Assembly: GCF_001194135.2 (NCBI RefSeq)
Contig: NC_068984.1
Coordinates: 96,979,042-97,043,041 of the forward strand
Reading direction: 5' to 3'
Source: Octopus bimaculoides
Lineage: Eukaryota
DNA: 64,000 nt
The notes under the pieces are model-generated. The model had not been told where the DNA came from, did not search any database, and saw only the letters and a program-made list of their open reading frames with translations. Of this stretch, positions 25,507 to 38,624 are shown in pieces. A program made the position numbers and the translations under genes. Position 1 is the stretch's first letter. Every line of letters starts with the position of its first letter.

Positions 25507-25589
25507 CCCTACCAAGTTTCCTCTTGTATTTATATTCATCTCCCTTTTTTATCCATCTTATCTGCTTATGTATCGATGTCTCCTCTCTG

Positions 25590-25624
<35 letters not shown>

Positions 25625-26995
25625 AATGTATGTATGTTTTGTATTACGTACTAATATAATGCGTCTGTACACATGCACACATGCAATGTACTTATATGCA
25701 GGTGTGTTTTCATCGGCTAAGTGCAACGAACAAAACTCGGCCTATGAGCTACTTCTGTAATTTTACAGCCGACTGGAGATATAAACTCCTACACAAGCAC
25801 ATATGTTGAGTTTTATTTCTCCTATTTGTTCCCGTAAACCATGTATACGCTTGTGTGTGCATCTCTATGCGCACGTTGCATGAATATTTTCTGCTTCGTT
25901 TCATTCTTTCCTTTTTTCACATACGACCTATAACTGTACAGAGACGATAATGTGAGTCTAGGTATGGTTGTGTAGAGCAACGTTTTGAGTGTCTTTACAC
26001 CAAAAGATAACTTAACCATTTGATAACTAGAGAACGATAAAACGGACTGGGGTGATGTGAACCAAATCACACACACACACACACACACATATCTGCTTGG
26101 TTGACCTTCAGTTCAGTAAGTTCAGCAGATAAGCTTGACATTCGACCAATCAGCAGAACCAGAGATTAATTCGATCCAATTTCCTTTTGCTATTTATTTC
26201 TCATTATAATTAACTACACGCTGTCGATGATTACAGTTAATTTTCTGATGTAGATATATGTAGTTGCATATTGTATTGCACACATCTGCACTTGTATATT
26301 GTATTGCAGACATGTGCAGTTGTGTACTGCAGTTGCATATGTATCAAATTGTTGTTTTAAACGAAATATTTCAACACTGCCTGTTCATTGCAGACTGTTT
26401 AATATTTTCTGTTACTATGTTCCTCTTCCATACTGACTCTTGGAATTGCAGAAACGGCAACCATAAACATTTTGTTGCTGTGGACCCTGAGAAAACTTAT
26501 GATGAAAAATGTTCTTGTAGTAACGATCTCGTCATGTTTTTGAGACATAATTCTTCTAGGACTATAATATCCTGTCGTTAATCCAGTAGAATATGTGTGA
26601 GAGGGATTCGGTTACTATTTGTAACAAATCGAGCGATCACGTAGAATTACCTTTATTTTCTCATGGCTTGTCATTTCGAGTTCAAAGTTAATCGAGTTCC
26701 ACTTTGCCTCGGGGTCGATTAAATAAATACCAGGATGGAAACTGTTTAAATAAAGATTTGAACTCGGAATGTTAGAGACTACATTGAATATAGTGATGAA
26801 TTCATCACCCCCACCCCTTTGTGATGAGGATGGAAAGAACAATGATGAATATTTGTTTCTAACATTGCTACAAAACCAGAAATTTGGAGTGGAGGGGATT
26901 TACCCAACCCTTCTTTTAACCACATACACACACAAACACACACACTTTAGTTTTTACAATATTAAAATTATTCAATTAAATATAATTTTGTAAAT

Positions 26996-27262
26996 ATGGC
27001 TGTGATAAGAAATTTGTTTCTCAATCACATGGTTTCGGGTTCAGTTCCACTGAGCCGACACCTTGGGCAAATGGAATTAGTAGATGGAAACTGAAAGAAG
27101 TCTGTCATGTATGCTTGTGTTTGAACACCACCACCACCGCTCGACACCCGGTGTTAGTGTGTTTACGTCCCTGTAACTTATCAGTTCGGTAAAAAAAATG
27201 AGTGATAGAATAAGTCCCAGAGTTGTGTTCGACTAAACTCTGGCCGCAGTCCAATGACTGAA
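26996..27262 (+). mobile_element. SINE family B, internally deleted
   Basis: atggctgtgataag...ggtttcgggttcagttcc...accttgggcaa...ggaaactgaaagaag. Confidence 0.7.
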
Positions 27263-27432
27263 TATATATATATATATATACATATATATATACACATATA
27301 TATATAGATAGATAGGTAGGTAGGTAGATATAGATTGGGACTCCCAATATATATAATGCTCTTATCTCCTCGATAGTTGTTATTCTATGCAATACTCCAC
27401 TTACCCTAATTATTCGGGTTATATGCGCGCAG

Positions 27433-27745
27433 TCGTGGCTGTGTGTTAACGTGTTTGCTTCCCAACCACATACTTTCTTCAGCGTCTTCTACTATAGCCT
27501 CGGGCCGACTAAAGTCTTGTAAGTGAATTTGGTGGACGAGAACTTGAAACAAGCCTGTCGTGTGTGTATGTGTGTGTCCACCACTGCTTGACAAACGATA
27601 TTGGTGTGTTTACTTCCCCGTAGCTTTGTAGCTCGACAGAAGGGTCCGATACAATAAATATCAGGCTTTAAAGAAAGAAAAAAGGACTGGATCCATTAGT
27701 TCTACTAAAAGTTTTCAAGGCGGTGCCCCAGCATGGCCGCAGTTA
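27433..27745 (+). mobile_element. SINE family B, decayed
   Basis: gtcttctactatagcctcgggccgactaaagtcttgt...ggcggtgccccagcatggccgcag. Confidence 0.75.
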
Positions 27746-28919
27746 AGAGATATATAGTAGGCCTCCTCCATATGATCGAGTTTGACAACTATGCTGTTTC
27801 TAACGAAAGAATACATAAATGGTATTTATGGTGGGGGGAATTTTGAAAATCATCAATACATGCGAGAGTGATGAAGAAACGGGGAGGATTGTCTTTGGAT
27901 GTGTTAGAAACAACAGCCAAATCGCCCTTAAATTACTCACTTTTCCCTCTTAAATTTTAATTTTTTTTTACCGAAAATGTTCTTCCCATTGCAAAAAACA
28001 TTGGCCAAAATAGGTCCGGAGAGGGAGGGGGAGTGTAAAAAAAAATTTCAAAACTTTTTCATACAAGGATTCTTATCCCCCCAACCCCATCATTTCGAAG
28101 GCTGTGGTTTTCAAAATGGGGAAAATCCCCGAAAAACTTTCCCCACAAATGTCTTTATAATCGTAATTTATGCCGTTTGAAAGGGATGTGTCTAAACTTT
28201 CATTAAAATATACCCATTTTCCTGAAAGTTTATGANNNNNNNNNNNNNNNNNNNNNNNNNNNNNNNNNNNNNNNNNNNNNNNNNNNNNNNNNNNNNNNNN
28301 NNNNNNNNNNNNNNNNNNNNNNNNNNNNNNNNNNNNNNNNNNNNNNNNNNNNNNNNNNNNNNNNNNNNNNNNNNNNNNNNNNNNNNNNNNNNNNNNNNNN
28401 NNNNNNNNNNNNNNNNNNNNNNNNNNNNNNNNNNNNNNNNNNNNNNNNNNNNNNNNNNNNNNNNNNNNNNNNNNNNNCACACACACACACACTGCAAAGC
28501 CTACAGGTGGGCTGCTGAATTGAAATCTCTGTTACTTTGAGAGGAAGGTAAAACTTGACAAACTGCTTCTCCCTCTGTTGTTGGACTACCGTGATGTTTG
28601 TTTAAAAAAGACAGATTATGACTATGATAAAATAATGAAAGCAATATTTACTAAGCAAGTGAGCACTATTAGAAATAATTATACGTAAAATATCGTAAAA
28701 ATTATTAGAATTTGGAATCAAATATGAAAATATTTTCAAATGGCTACCAGAAAACCGCGCGGAGGGCGGTCTTTCTGCTAGTTCATAATAATTTAAACTA
28801 GTACTCTTACAAGAAAAATATGTATCGGTTTTTGTCAATATCTGTTTTAAAATACTAATAGTTTTTTTCTTTTCCTTACAGGTAAGTCTTGATAAATTGG
28901 CACTTTTAAATGCGGTAAG

Positions 28920-28986
28920 ATCATTATTATTATTATTATTATTACTATTATTATTATTATCATTATTATTATTATTACTGTTGTTG
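28920..28986. repeat. (ATT)n microsatellite
   Basis: Direct reading. Confidence 0.95.
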
Positions 28987-28989
28987 TTT

Positions 28990-29205
28990 GGACTCATGAT
29001 CGTAAGATTGTGGTTTCGATTCCTGGACCGGATGACGCGTTGTCTTCTTGAGCAAAGCACTTCATTTCCCGTCGCTTCAGTCTACTCAGCTGGCAAAAAT
29101 GAGTAATCCTGCAACGGACCGGCGTCCCGTCCAGGTGGGGAATAGATACGCCATGGAAACCGGCTCTTATGAGATGGCATGACTCAAGAAGGAAACTTTA
29201 CCTTA
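28990..29205 (+). mobile_element. tRNA-derived SINE, family C
   Basis: ggtttcgattcc B-box-like head, cttgagcaaagcacttcatttc CORE-like part, cagctggcaaaaatgagta shared with the 37155-37380 copy. Confidence 0.65.
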
Positions 29206-29206
29206 A

Positions 29207-29592
29207 GGCGGTGAGCTGGCAGAATCATTAGTGCGCCGGGCAAAATGCTTAGCGGCATTTCGTCCGTCTTTACGTTCTGAGTTCAAATTTCCTCGAGGTC
29301 GACTTTGCCTTTCATCCTTTGAGAGTCGATGAAATAAGTATCAGTTGAGCACTGGGATCTATGTAATCGACTATCCCTCTCCCCCGTGTGCCTACAGTAG
29401 AAAAGATTATTGTTGTTATGGCTAGAAGAATCGGTATCGCGTCGGATAAAATGCTTAAAGGCTTTTCTTTCGGCTCTTGACGTTCTGAGCTCAATTTTTT
29501 TCGAGTCGATAAAACAAAGTATTGTTAAATACTGAGGTCGACTTGACTTCTTCCCCAAAATTTCAGGCCTCGTGCCTATAGTCGAAAGGATT
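29207..29592 (+). mobile_element. Head-to-tail dimer of SINE family A
   Basis: Copies at about 29207-29412 and 29420-29592, each with aatgctta...ttacgttctgag(t/c)tcaa. Confidence 0.8.
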
Positions 29593-30368
29593 ACTTTCTG
29601 TCTCATAAAATTTAAAAGTCTTATGAAAATGTTCTTTATAGCCAGCTTACTATCGTCATCTAAAGCATGTAGAATGTAGTAACGTCAACCCTGATTCGGT
29701 CTTTAGAACATCTCTCTTTTCACGAGGCTCTCTAAGTTTGAAAAGATAGCCATTGACATTGGTTCTGTCGCGGACCAAGCACCCAAAATATTTTAAATGG
29801 CTTATTAAAAGGATGAAGGGCAGCAATCATGCCATTTGTCAAAGCCTCCGAAACAGGTTGAGGAAGTAAAGAACTCGTGGGTTATCTTCAAACTTAGTTC
29901 AAATGTTTGCAACACAGCGGTGTATTTCGTCAAGTGCTAGTTGGGAGGGAGACGTACACCAGAACAAGAAAAGTTACAATCTCTTCGTCAGGTCCCCCTC
30001 TCATTTTGTTTGTAGTTCTTCACACACGGCTTGAATTGACTCGATGTTATAGTAGAAGACATTTGTCCAAGATGCTGAACATTAGGATTAAAACTGAAAC
30101 TATGTAATTGCCAATTGACTTTCTTATGACACAGCTATTGGCTGCAGCTAAATGTAACCTTACAACGCTTTCAATGTCCGCGACAGAACCAATGTCAATG
30201 GCTATCTTTTCAAACTTACAGAGAGCCTCGTGAAAAGAGAGATGTTCTAAAGACCGAATCAGGGTTGACGTTACTACATTCTACATGCTTTAGATGACGA
30301 TAGTAAGCTGGCTATAAAGAACATTTTCATAAGACTTTTAAATTTTATGAGACAGGAAGTAATCCTTT
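29585..30368. repeat. Near-perfect inverted repeat, about 190-bp arms (29585-29775 and 30176-30368), 400-bp spacer
   Basis: Manual alignment shows one substitution and one 2-bp indel. Confidence 0.92.
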
Positions 30369-33003
30369 CCAGTAGATCTCACACAGAAATACTTACTGTA
30401 GAACTGTGTCAGTGCCCTTCTTTATAGGAAGATGAGAGCGTGGTTTAATAGATACATTTTCAGCACAAAGTTGATAATGGGTCGCTTGCAAGTTTGGACA
30501 CTATATATTGGAACAGTATTGAGATAACTTATAAGCTTAATCTTTCAGTAAATATCACAGGAATATTTCTGGTTGAACATTACTTTCCAAGTTGGATATA
30601 AGATGACGATTTATGTTTGCTTTAATCGGCAAGTGCGAAAAATTACGTTAGGTGGTTTCATCATTGGAAATATACTCTCTTCTACAACCGACGAAGTACT
30701 ACTAGTTGAAACTTTAAGAAAATGTGCCTAATACTTTGTTGTCTTACTAAAGGATTTGTTTGAAAAATGAACCCATTTTCAGTTTCCATTCATAATAGAA
30801 AGTCAAAAACGGTAAAAGTATAAAAATAATATCATTAAAATCAATATATTTTCCTCGGAAATTACTGTAAATAATTCTGGTTCTTCCATTCTCGTTAGGG
30901 ATATTCAACGGAATTTTAAACTGTTGAGCTTTACTTCTTGCCAGTTCTTAGCTTTCATTTTGGAATTCCAAACCTACACCCACCCACGATAACAAATTTT
31001 ATAATTGCTTTGACCTATGCCCCTCCCCCAAGTTTCCTTCTTTTTATTCCGCTATCTCCTATATGTTCTGGCTGTCTTTCTTCAATCTCTTTCTCTCCCC
31101 CTCTCTCACCTTTTATACGCAATACAACTTGTAATTATGCCTGCCAGTTAGAAGAAAGCTTTTACAGTGTCGTCTGTTTTCTTGATTTACTGTACGACAT
31201 GTCAAACATACATGTATTTTGTCGATCAATATGTCGTTCGACAAACGGAAACTTTTACACTAAAACATTTCTATATTCCTCTACCTATTTCCTTGCCATC
31301 TCTCTCTCTTCCTCTCTCTGTTTCATTTTTCTGCATTATCACATACTACTCCCCGCCTCTCTCTATCTCTCTCACCATCTTTCCTACTCAATCATGCGGG
31401 CTTTTTTTTTTTTTATTCAGTCTTTATATTTTCTTTATTATTACGCTCTCTTGCTCTTTGTTTCTCCTTTCCATACTCTCTCTTCCACTTTCTTTCACAC
31501 TCTCTCCACTATTTTTCGCATTCTGGTCCCATCGTTCACTTTTATTTTCCTCTTTACTCTTCTTTTACCCCTACATATTCCCTGCACTACATTCCCTCCA
31601 CACACGCACGCACACATAGTTCCTCCTCCCTCCCACATAACTGTCAATTTAAACAGTCAGATTTACTGAAACCTCGAAACCAATATGGCGACTGGCGCCA
31701 CGTTTTGTTTAGTAAAAGAAACAAGTTGGAACGTTAAAAATACAAATAACCAACTACCACTACCCCATCACCAACCATCATTACTATTACTACTTGTACT
31801 ATTACCATAATCACCAAATCATTACTTACCAACATCAACACCACCACAACTGCTACCAACACACTACAACCACAGTTACTACAATGAAATAAATTTAGTA
31901 CCCACTTTTCTTTATAGTATATTACAGTGTGTTTAACGGGGAAGTATTGCATGGAATAATGACAAGGGTGAGCATAATCAGAAAAGGTGAAGTATTACGC
32001 AGAGTAAGAATTACTGAGGAGATGGGAGTGTTACAAAGAATGACTGGGTGCGGGGAGGCTTTAATTTGAATAAGAATTATTGTGAAAGAGGGATAGGGAA
32101 GTCAGCGCTAACATGCGGAATAGAGTGAAAGGTAAGGGAGATAAACAACCTCAAAATTATTGTCATACCTGCGGGCGTGTTTCTTTCATCAGTGAAGCCT
32201 AACTTGCTGTTGCATGGACACTGGGTGGTGCGATAATGACTGGAGAGTGGAGAAGAACAGATTAACTTTTTTTTTACAATTATTTTGGAAATAGTGGTAA
32301 AACTAAGAGTTGTGTGTGCGCATGTGGGGAGAGTATTTTCACATATGTAGATAGATACACATAGGAGATTTTTTTTTACCTTTTAGTTAGGCAGTGGCAC
32401 ATAACCCTTTACGTGGTCCCTGAAACGGAGTGCGGGAGAGAGAGAGAGAGAGAGAGGTGGGGAGGGAAGAAAGAAGATATCCTGAAACCGATTACCTGAC
32501 CTGAATGATTGCAACAGATTAAACGCTGCTAAAAGCAACCAAGGTGGTGACGTTAAACCGGGTGACGAATTGAGCCTACCGTCCAACACGCACGCACGCA
32601 ATACACACACAGTATGTTAAAATTTGGGTCAGCTAAGATCCAAGCAGTAACTATAAAACGGCCTTTTTTTTTTTTTTCTTGAAGGCGTTCCAACCGTAGT
32701 CATTCCGTCCTTTGTGTCCCTTAAAAATGAAAAAGACAGAATGGTACGATTTTGAGTGAGTTTATGTTACCCATGTAGGTTAACCACATAAGCCTCGCTC
32801 GTTGATTCATTAAGTTGTTTGTATTGGCTATAAATGTTAGTAACAGTAGTAGTGGGTCAAGTTAAGAGCTGCTGCACCTACTACTACAACATTAAGTAGT
32901 TTCACTTGACTGCATAATGGTTCATAAGTGGAACACTCGTTTGTAATGCTGTGGAGCGTTGGGGTTAATTGATGTAATTGAGGATTGACACTTAATACTT
33001 TCC

Positions 33004-33043
<40 letters not shown>

Positions 33044-35023
33044 ACACTACTATTAGTACGAAGGGTACGCAAGTTAAGTGTAGTAATCAGGTGGAGAGTA
33101 ACATACACAAATTGAAAAGCCTCCTCCCGTCTAACATAAGAAGTAATGCACGCACATATACATCACACGAACACATGCATGGTTATGTAAACTCTTACAT
33201 GAAAACTCGTGGAGATTGTTTAATCATTTTAGAAGCTATGTTTCAAACACACGCAGTCACACAAGTGTTATCTACCTGTATACCTCTTTAATATGTATTA
33301 CTCACACACGTATATACAAACATATCTTTAGTGTATAGAGATATAGTTAGGTATTTAGGTTGTTTGGATTTGATGTATAGATTAAATAAATATGATTAAG
33401 TGGAATGATGTAATTAATTACTTAACGATGATGATTCCCTCGGTTGAGTACTGGTCATACATCGTTATCTTGGTGTATCCAGCATGTTAAATTTATTGAG
33501 ACTACTTTCGTGTGTACACACACACACACACACACACACTCACAGCTAATACACTTACAGCGGCCGTAAATAACATTAGTTGTATAGAGGTGAGGAAAAT
33601 TTTGTTGAACATTAATTATCAAATCAACCAAAGGCAATGGAAGACAACGCAAGATGACGGAAAATACAAATATCTTTCGAAATTAGTTGACGTACCGATC
33701 CCCATTAATTATAATTGGAATCAGATAATATGGTGATGAGGGGAGCGGTAGTCGGAATCCTTAGACGCTGTGACAACACATTTCAATCTTATTTGACCTC
33801 CTCGGAGAGTCAATCTTTCACATATTTATCACATCAATGAAGAAAGTCCGCATATATATGCATGTGTGTGTGTGTATAGTTTAATAACAATGCCCAGAAG
33901 TATCTTCTTCATGGAACATTACACAATCCACTGGTTGTATAGTTTCAGATTAGCTCTGAGTAGACCTATGATCAAAGGCTTTCCAGCCGTGGCTGACTAA
34001 GACAATTTGAGGGTCATTTGACTGCTATTCCTGGCAGGTCGATTGGCCGCGTACATATCTCCCACGTCGGTTCATAACGTCAGTTGTTTACCGTATTGAA
34101 ACTTAACTGAAGCGCCTTAGATGTATATATATTTATAATATTGTATAAATATTTGTAACAATGCGTATAAATATACACACGTAAAAGTTATGCCTGTTTA
34201 ATACCGATTGTTATTTTGTCCCACCTTTTGTTTGTCTCAGCCGAAAGAGACTAATTATTTTTCTTATCCCATTTCTTAAGTCGACAGGCTAACATTTGTT
34301 GTACATTATTTGTATATTTTCGTATACTCATTTTCATTTTGTCTTGTAATACTGTAAACACAATGTCCATCTTGCTATCCCATTTCTTTCTGGTCGTCCT
34401 GTCTTTACTTTGCCATTTCCATACGCCATTTTTTTTTTTTTTCTGAAAATGTTCTAGCACACTGAAGCTAGCGATACTGTTATTAACCGTGTCGAAATCG
34501 TATGATCTTCGCACAGCAGCATGAGAGGAAAGTTTGCGTTCATGTTTGTGCTTTGTATTTGACTTGGTCTGTGTGCTTAATTTTTTTCTTTTTTTCTTTT
34601 CTCTTCGTTTTTTTTTCTTTTCTCTTTTTTTTTCTTTTCTCTTTTCTTTTTTTTTCTTTTCTTTTCTTTTTTGCTTTTCTCTTTTCTTTTTTCTTTTCTT
34701 TTTTTTTCTGAAATCAGCAGTCGCTTATATTGTTATCTCTGTGTGTATTTGTAAAAACTTGCTTGACTTATTTATATATAAAACTACAATTACTTGTGAT
34801 TTCCTAACACCACAATTTCAGCAAATACACTCGTTAATCCTGTTGAATAATTAGTATTTGTATTCATTTTGATGTGAAAATAATTCTCAGATTAGATAGA
34901 GGAAACTACCTACCGAAGTATCGATCAGTGTGTCGTGATATCAAACTCCGATTCATTGAGGGAAATTTGTTATTTAATGTTGGCTACATGAAATATGTTA
35001 ACACTGATTTAACTGTAATTAAA

Positions 35024-35139
35024 GTGTCAACCTGGTGAGATTCATGTGGTTAGTGTCAGCCTGGTGAGATTCATGTGGTTAGTGTCAGCCTGGTGAGATT
35101 CATGTGGTTAGTGTCAGCTTGGTGAGATTGATTTGGTTA
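35024..35139. repeat. 29-bp minisatellite, 4 copies
   Basis: Unit gtgtcagcctggtgagattcatgtggtta. Confidence 0.92.
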
Positions 35140-36440
35140 ATGTCAACTTTGTGGTTAATATTTGATTCATGAGATTGATGAAGTTGATGCCAGCATTTGT
35201 CAGCATTCCGTTTAATATGTCGAACTGGGAGTGAAGCTGTTAACGTTCCGAAGCGATAGCGTTCTGGAGGAATAAAGACTGAGCGAAGTTAATGTGGAAT
35301 CTGGAGAAGTTGACATCATATGCATAACGAGAATAGAAAAATTGGCTTTGCCTAGGTGGTGGTGGAACGAGATTAGTCAACTCTGAAGAACGGGGGCAGG
35401 GACCACTATAGTAGCGTAAGAAAGGGCAGGTTGAGGTAACAGTACATCAGAGATTGGAATGTTGGCGAGCGTCTTTGTCAAACAGTCACGTGGTATTTCT
35501 TTGGATGTGAATCATAAATATCTGTATGTGTGGCAGTAATATCAGCCTAGAGCAGTACTAACTCCTAGGTTTTAGCAGAGTTTTATATTGGGTTTCTCTG
35601 TGTTGGAGGATTAAATATTTTCTGGTTCTGAAGAAGAAGGCTACTTTTTTGCCATGTTGAAGATGTCGGATCGACTGGCGAATCTTAACTGGAATGCTTT
35701 TGATCATAGGTCAAATGCATTCGACCTAGTTGATCTAGGGCTAAACAACAAATATTGCATGTTCTGTTTTGATTTTATAAAATCTGACGTTTGAATTTGA
35801 CTATAATAGCTAATGAGACCTACTCAGATTGAAACTTTGTTCGTTGATAAGTCTCTACATACCGTACTGGCAGATGACACTATAGTTATGCTGTATGGTA
35901 TAAAGTCAGAAGAGATGATACTTTATGGTTTTTCGCTACATCTCTTTACGTTCTGCGTTAAATTCTGCCGAAATCGAATTCATCTTTCATCCAGAGAAAT
36001 AATAGTATTGATATAATCGATTCTTGTCTTGTATTATGGCTACGTTAGAAATGTTCCGTGTTCTTGAAGAGTGTGTCTTTTGGGGTTATAGGAATGTGCT
36101 TGTATACTACATCATTTTGATTTTGTTTTGACAATTTGTCTTGTTGATTCTGGTGTCATTTTAGTGCTTCATCTGTTGTATGTAGTGTGTGTTGTGTTAT
36201 ATTACTAAGAGGTTCTATACAATATATTGTGTGTGGATTGTGCTGTTATATTTAGAACTAAAACGCAAAATTAATTGCTGAAGGGCAGAACAAATTATTT
36301 CTAACACGTAGTTTCGACTCTTTATTTTCTAAATTAAAGCCCTGCCGAGATTAACTTCACCTTTCACCCTTCGGGTGGCCGATGAAATACAGTACCGGTC
36401 AAATACTGGAGTCTATCTAATTGATTTTTACAAAAATACG

Positions 36441-36530
36441 TTGGCAGTGGTTTCGAAGTTTCGGTTTGCTCGCCTTTCATTAGACTATCTGATGAAGGCG
36501 AGCAAACCAAAACTTCGAAGTCACTGTCAA
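36441..36530 (+). ncRNA. 90-nt imperfect palindrome forming a long hairpin; each arm is a hammerhead-like core
   Basis: As plus-strand RNA: 43 opposed positions with 38 Watson-Crick pairs, 4 G.U pairs and 1 C/A mismatch, plus 1 bulged U and a 3-nt loop. Confidence 0.55.
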
Positions 36531-36564
36531 CCTTTGCTTTATAAAAGTTGTGTGTGTGTGTATT

Positions 36565-36866
36565 AGGCGCAGGCTGTGTTACTTCGGGACCACCTGGTTA
36601 GGGGATTCGTTTCCACTGTCTAGACGTCGGCCGCGAGTATACCAATATCTTGTCGATGAAGTAGGTAAACGGAAACTGAAGCCGGTTGACTGTACGTGTT
36701 TGTGTGTTTGAACATAACCATATTTCAGCTGTTGTCCGTTACACTGGCGGATTATTACCTTGGTTGGAAACAAGCGAGGATTGGTATAGAAACCCTGCTC
36801 TAATGTAGCTTCGTCTAACCCATGCAAGCACCGAAAAGTAGACGTTAAAACGATAATGATGATAAC
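36565..36866 (+). mobile_element. Decayed SINE (family B-like head) ending in an RTE-type 3' tail
   Basis: ggaaactgaag core; tail ctaacccatgcaagca...gacgttaaaacgataatgatg similar to the RTE end at about 1800-1843. Confidence 0.6.
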
Positions 36867-37154
36867 GTAATGCTTACGGTTATTATTTTAAAACAATTTT
36901 AAGAATAACAACCGAAGGTGTGAATGGAATGTGTATGCACATATATATGTAGAGAGACAAACATCGATTACACAACACTTAGTGCACCTATACATTCACA
37001 TGTTTAGACAAACAAGAAATATAGATACATGTCTCTTAACACGTAAATGCAGTTATAGCTGTATGCACTTGATCACAACTATATACACGTAGTTATACAC
37101 TCATACTTACACATTTATATCCACTTGCAGCTATGCATATACCTTTATAAACTA

Positions 37155-37380
37155 GAACTGTCGGTTATGACGACGAGTGTTGCATTTAATCCGATCAACG
37201 GAACAGCCTGCTCGTGAAGTTAACGTGCAAGTGGCTGAGCACTCCACAGACACGCATACTTTTAACTTAGTTCTCATGGAGATTCATCGTGACAGAATAT
37301 GATAAGGCTGGTCCTTTGAACTACAGGTACCACTCATTTTTGTCGGCAGAGTGGACTAGAAATATCTGTATACACACAGC
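37155..37380 (-). mobile_element. SINE family C-related 3' portion
   Basis: ccgatcaacggaacagcctgctcgtgaagttaacgtgcaagtggctgagcactccacagacac...cactcatttttgtcggcagagtggact, partly antisense to 29050-29105. Confidence 0.6.
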
Positions 37381-38242
37381 TAAATATACAATGATACTTT
37401 CATATTCAGCCACACGTAGCTATATACATCGACATACAGCTACACGGCTAACCACAGCCATATACATTCAAACAGTTATGCACAACCTCAATCAACTGTC
37501 TGTATTTCCACACACGCAGCTATACAATGCTATACAACACAGCTACGCAAAGCTATGCACAGTTGTGTATCAACACCCCACACTCAACGCTGCTCTATAC
37601 ACACAGCTAAAAAAAAAGCAAAAAGAAAACACCCCAACAAAACTATATACACAATGGCGGTTGGCAGATTGTCAACTGCGTGAATAAACGGGAGTGAATA
37701 GATTGCTTAATTAGCAATTAATAATCAGTGAAATAGCGTGATTAAATGTCAGTAAATAAGTTTTATTGTTGCTGTTATCAGTGTAATATAATTAGGGCAG
37801 GGAACAACAACAATGATGATAATACCAACTGTAACAACTGCCGCAATCATAACAACTGTGACAAGTCATCGGGAAAATTAATAAACAAAGAAAATTCCCT
37901 TTTTTCTGCATCACTAAACTATTCTTCTTCTCATCACTAATCATTATTACCAGCCTTATCATCACTTTCATCATCATCATCATCATCATCATCACCACCG
38001 TTATTATACTTAACCATGACCACCAGTATCACCATCATTGCCATCACCACCACCATGGCATATTACTATCTAACTTCTTATATGCTTTCTTTTCTTTTCG
38101 TCTTCTTAACTCAACTCCCAACCACTCGTTTATATCTCCTCCACTCACCAATCTCCCTCTCTATACCACCACAGCTCATCCGCTGATTTCAACGATGAAC
38201 ATGCAGTTGTCTGATCAAATAACTCATTACTTTTACTTTTAT

Positions 38243-38606
38243 TTGTTTCAGTCATTTGACAGCGGCCATGCTGGGGCACTACCTTTAGTCGAACAAATAT
38301 AGACCCCAGAACTTATTCTTCGTGAGCCTAGTACTTATTCTATCGGTCTCCTTTGCAGAACCGCTAAGTTACGAGGACGTAAACACCAATACCGGTTGTC
38401 AAGCGGTGATGGGAGGGGACAAACAAAGACACACATATATACGATGGGCTTCTTTCAGTTTCCGTCTACCAAATCCACTCACAAGGCTTTGGTCGGCCCG
38501 AAGCTATTGTAGAAGACACTTGCCCAAAGTGTCACGCAGTGAGACTTAACCCGGAACCATGTGGTTGGAAAGCAAGCTTCTTACCACACAGCCACGCCTG
38601 TGCCTA
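38243..38606 (-). mobile_element. SINE family B, full length
   Basis: Complete head with A- and B-box-like motifs, core and tail on the minus strand. Confidence 0.88.
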
Positions 38607-38624
38607 TATATATATATATATCAT

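Noticed and set aside
30938-31669. Longest gap-free ORF (243 aa)
   Set aside because: Low-complexity F/L/S translation of CT-rich DNA, which is depleted in stop codons.
35236-35272. Minus-strand hammerhead-like remnant ending GGAACGTT
   Set aside because: The CUGANGA and GAAA boxes are both broken.
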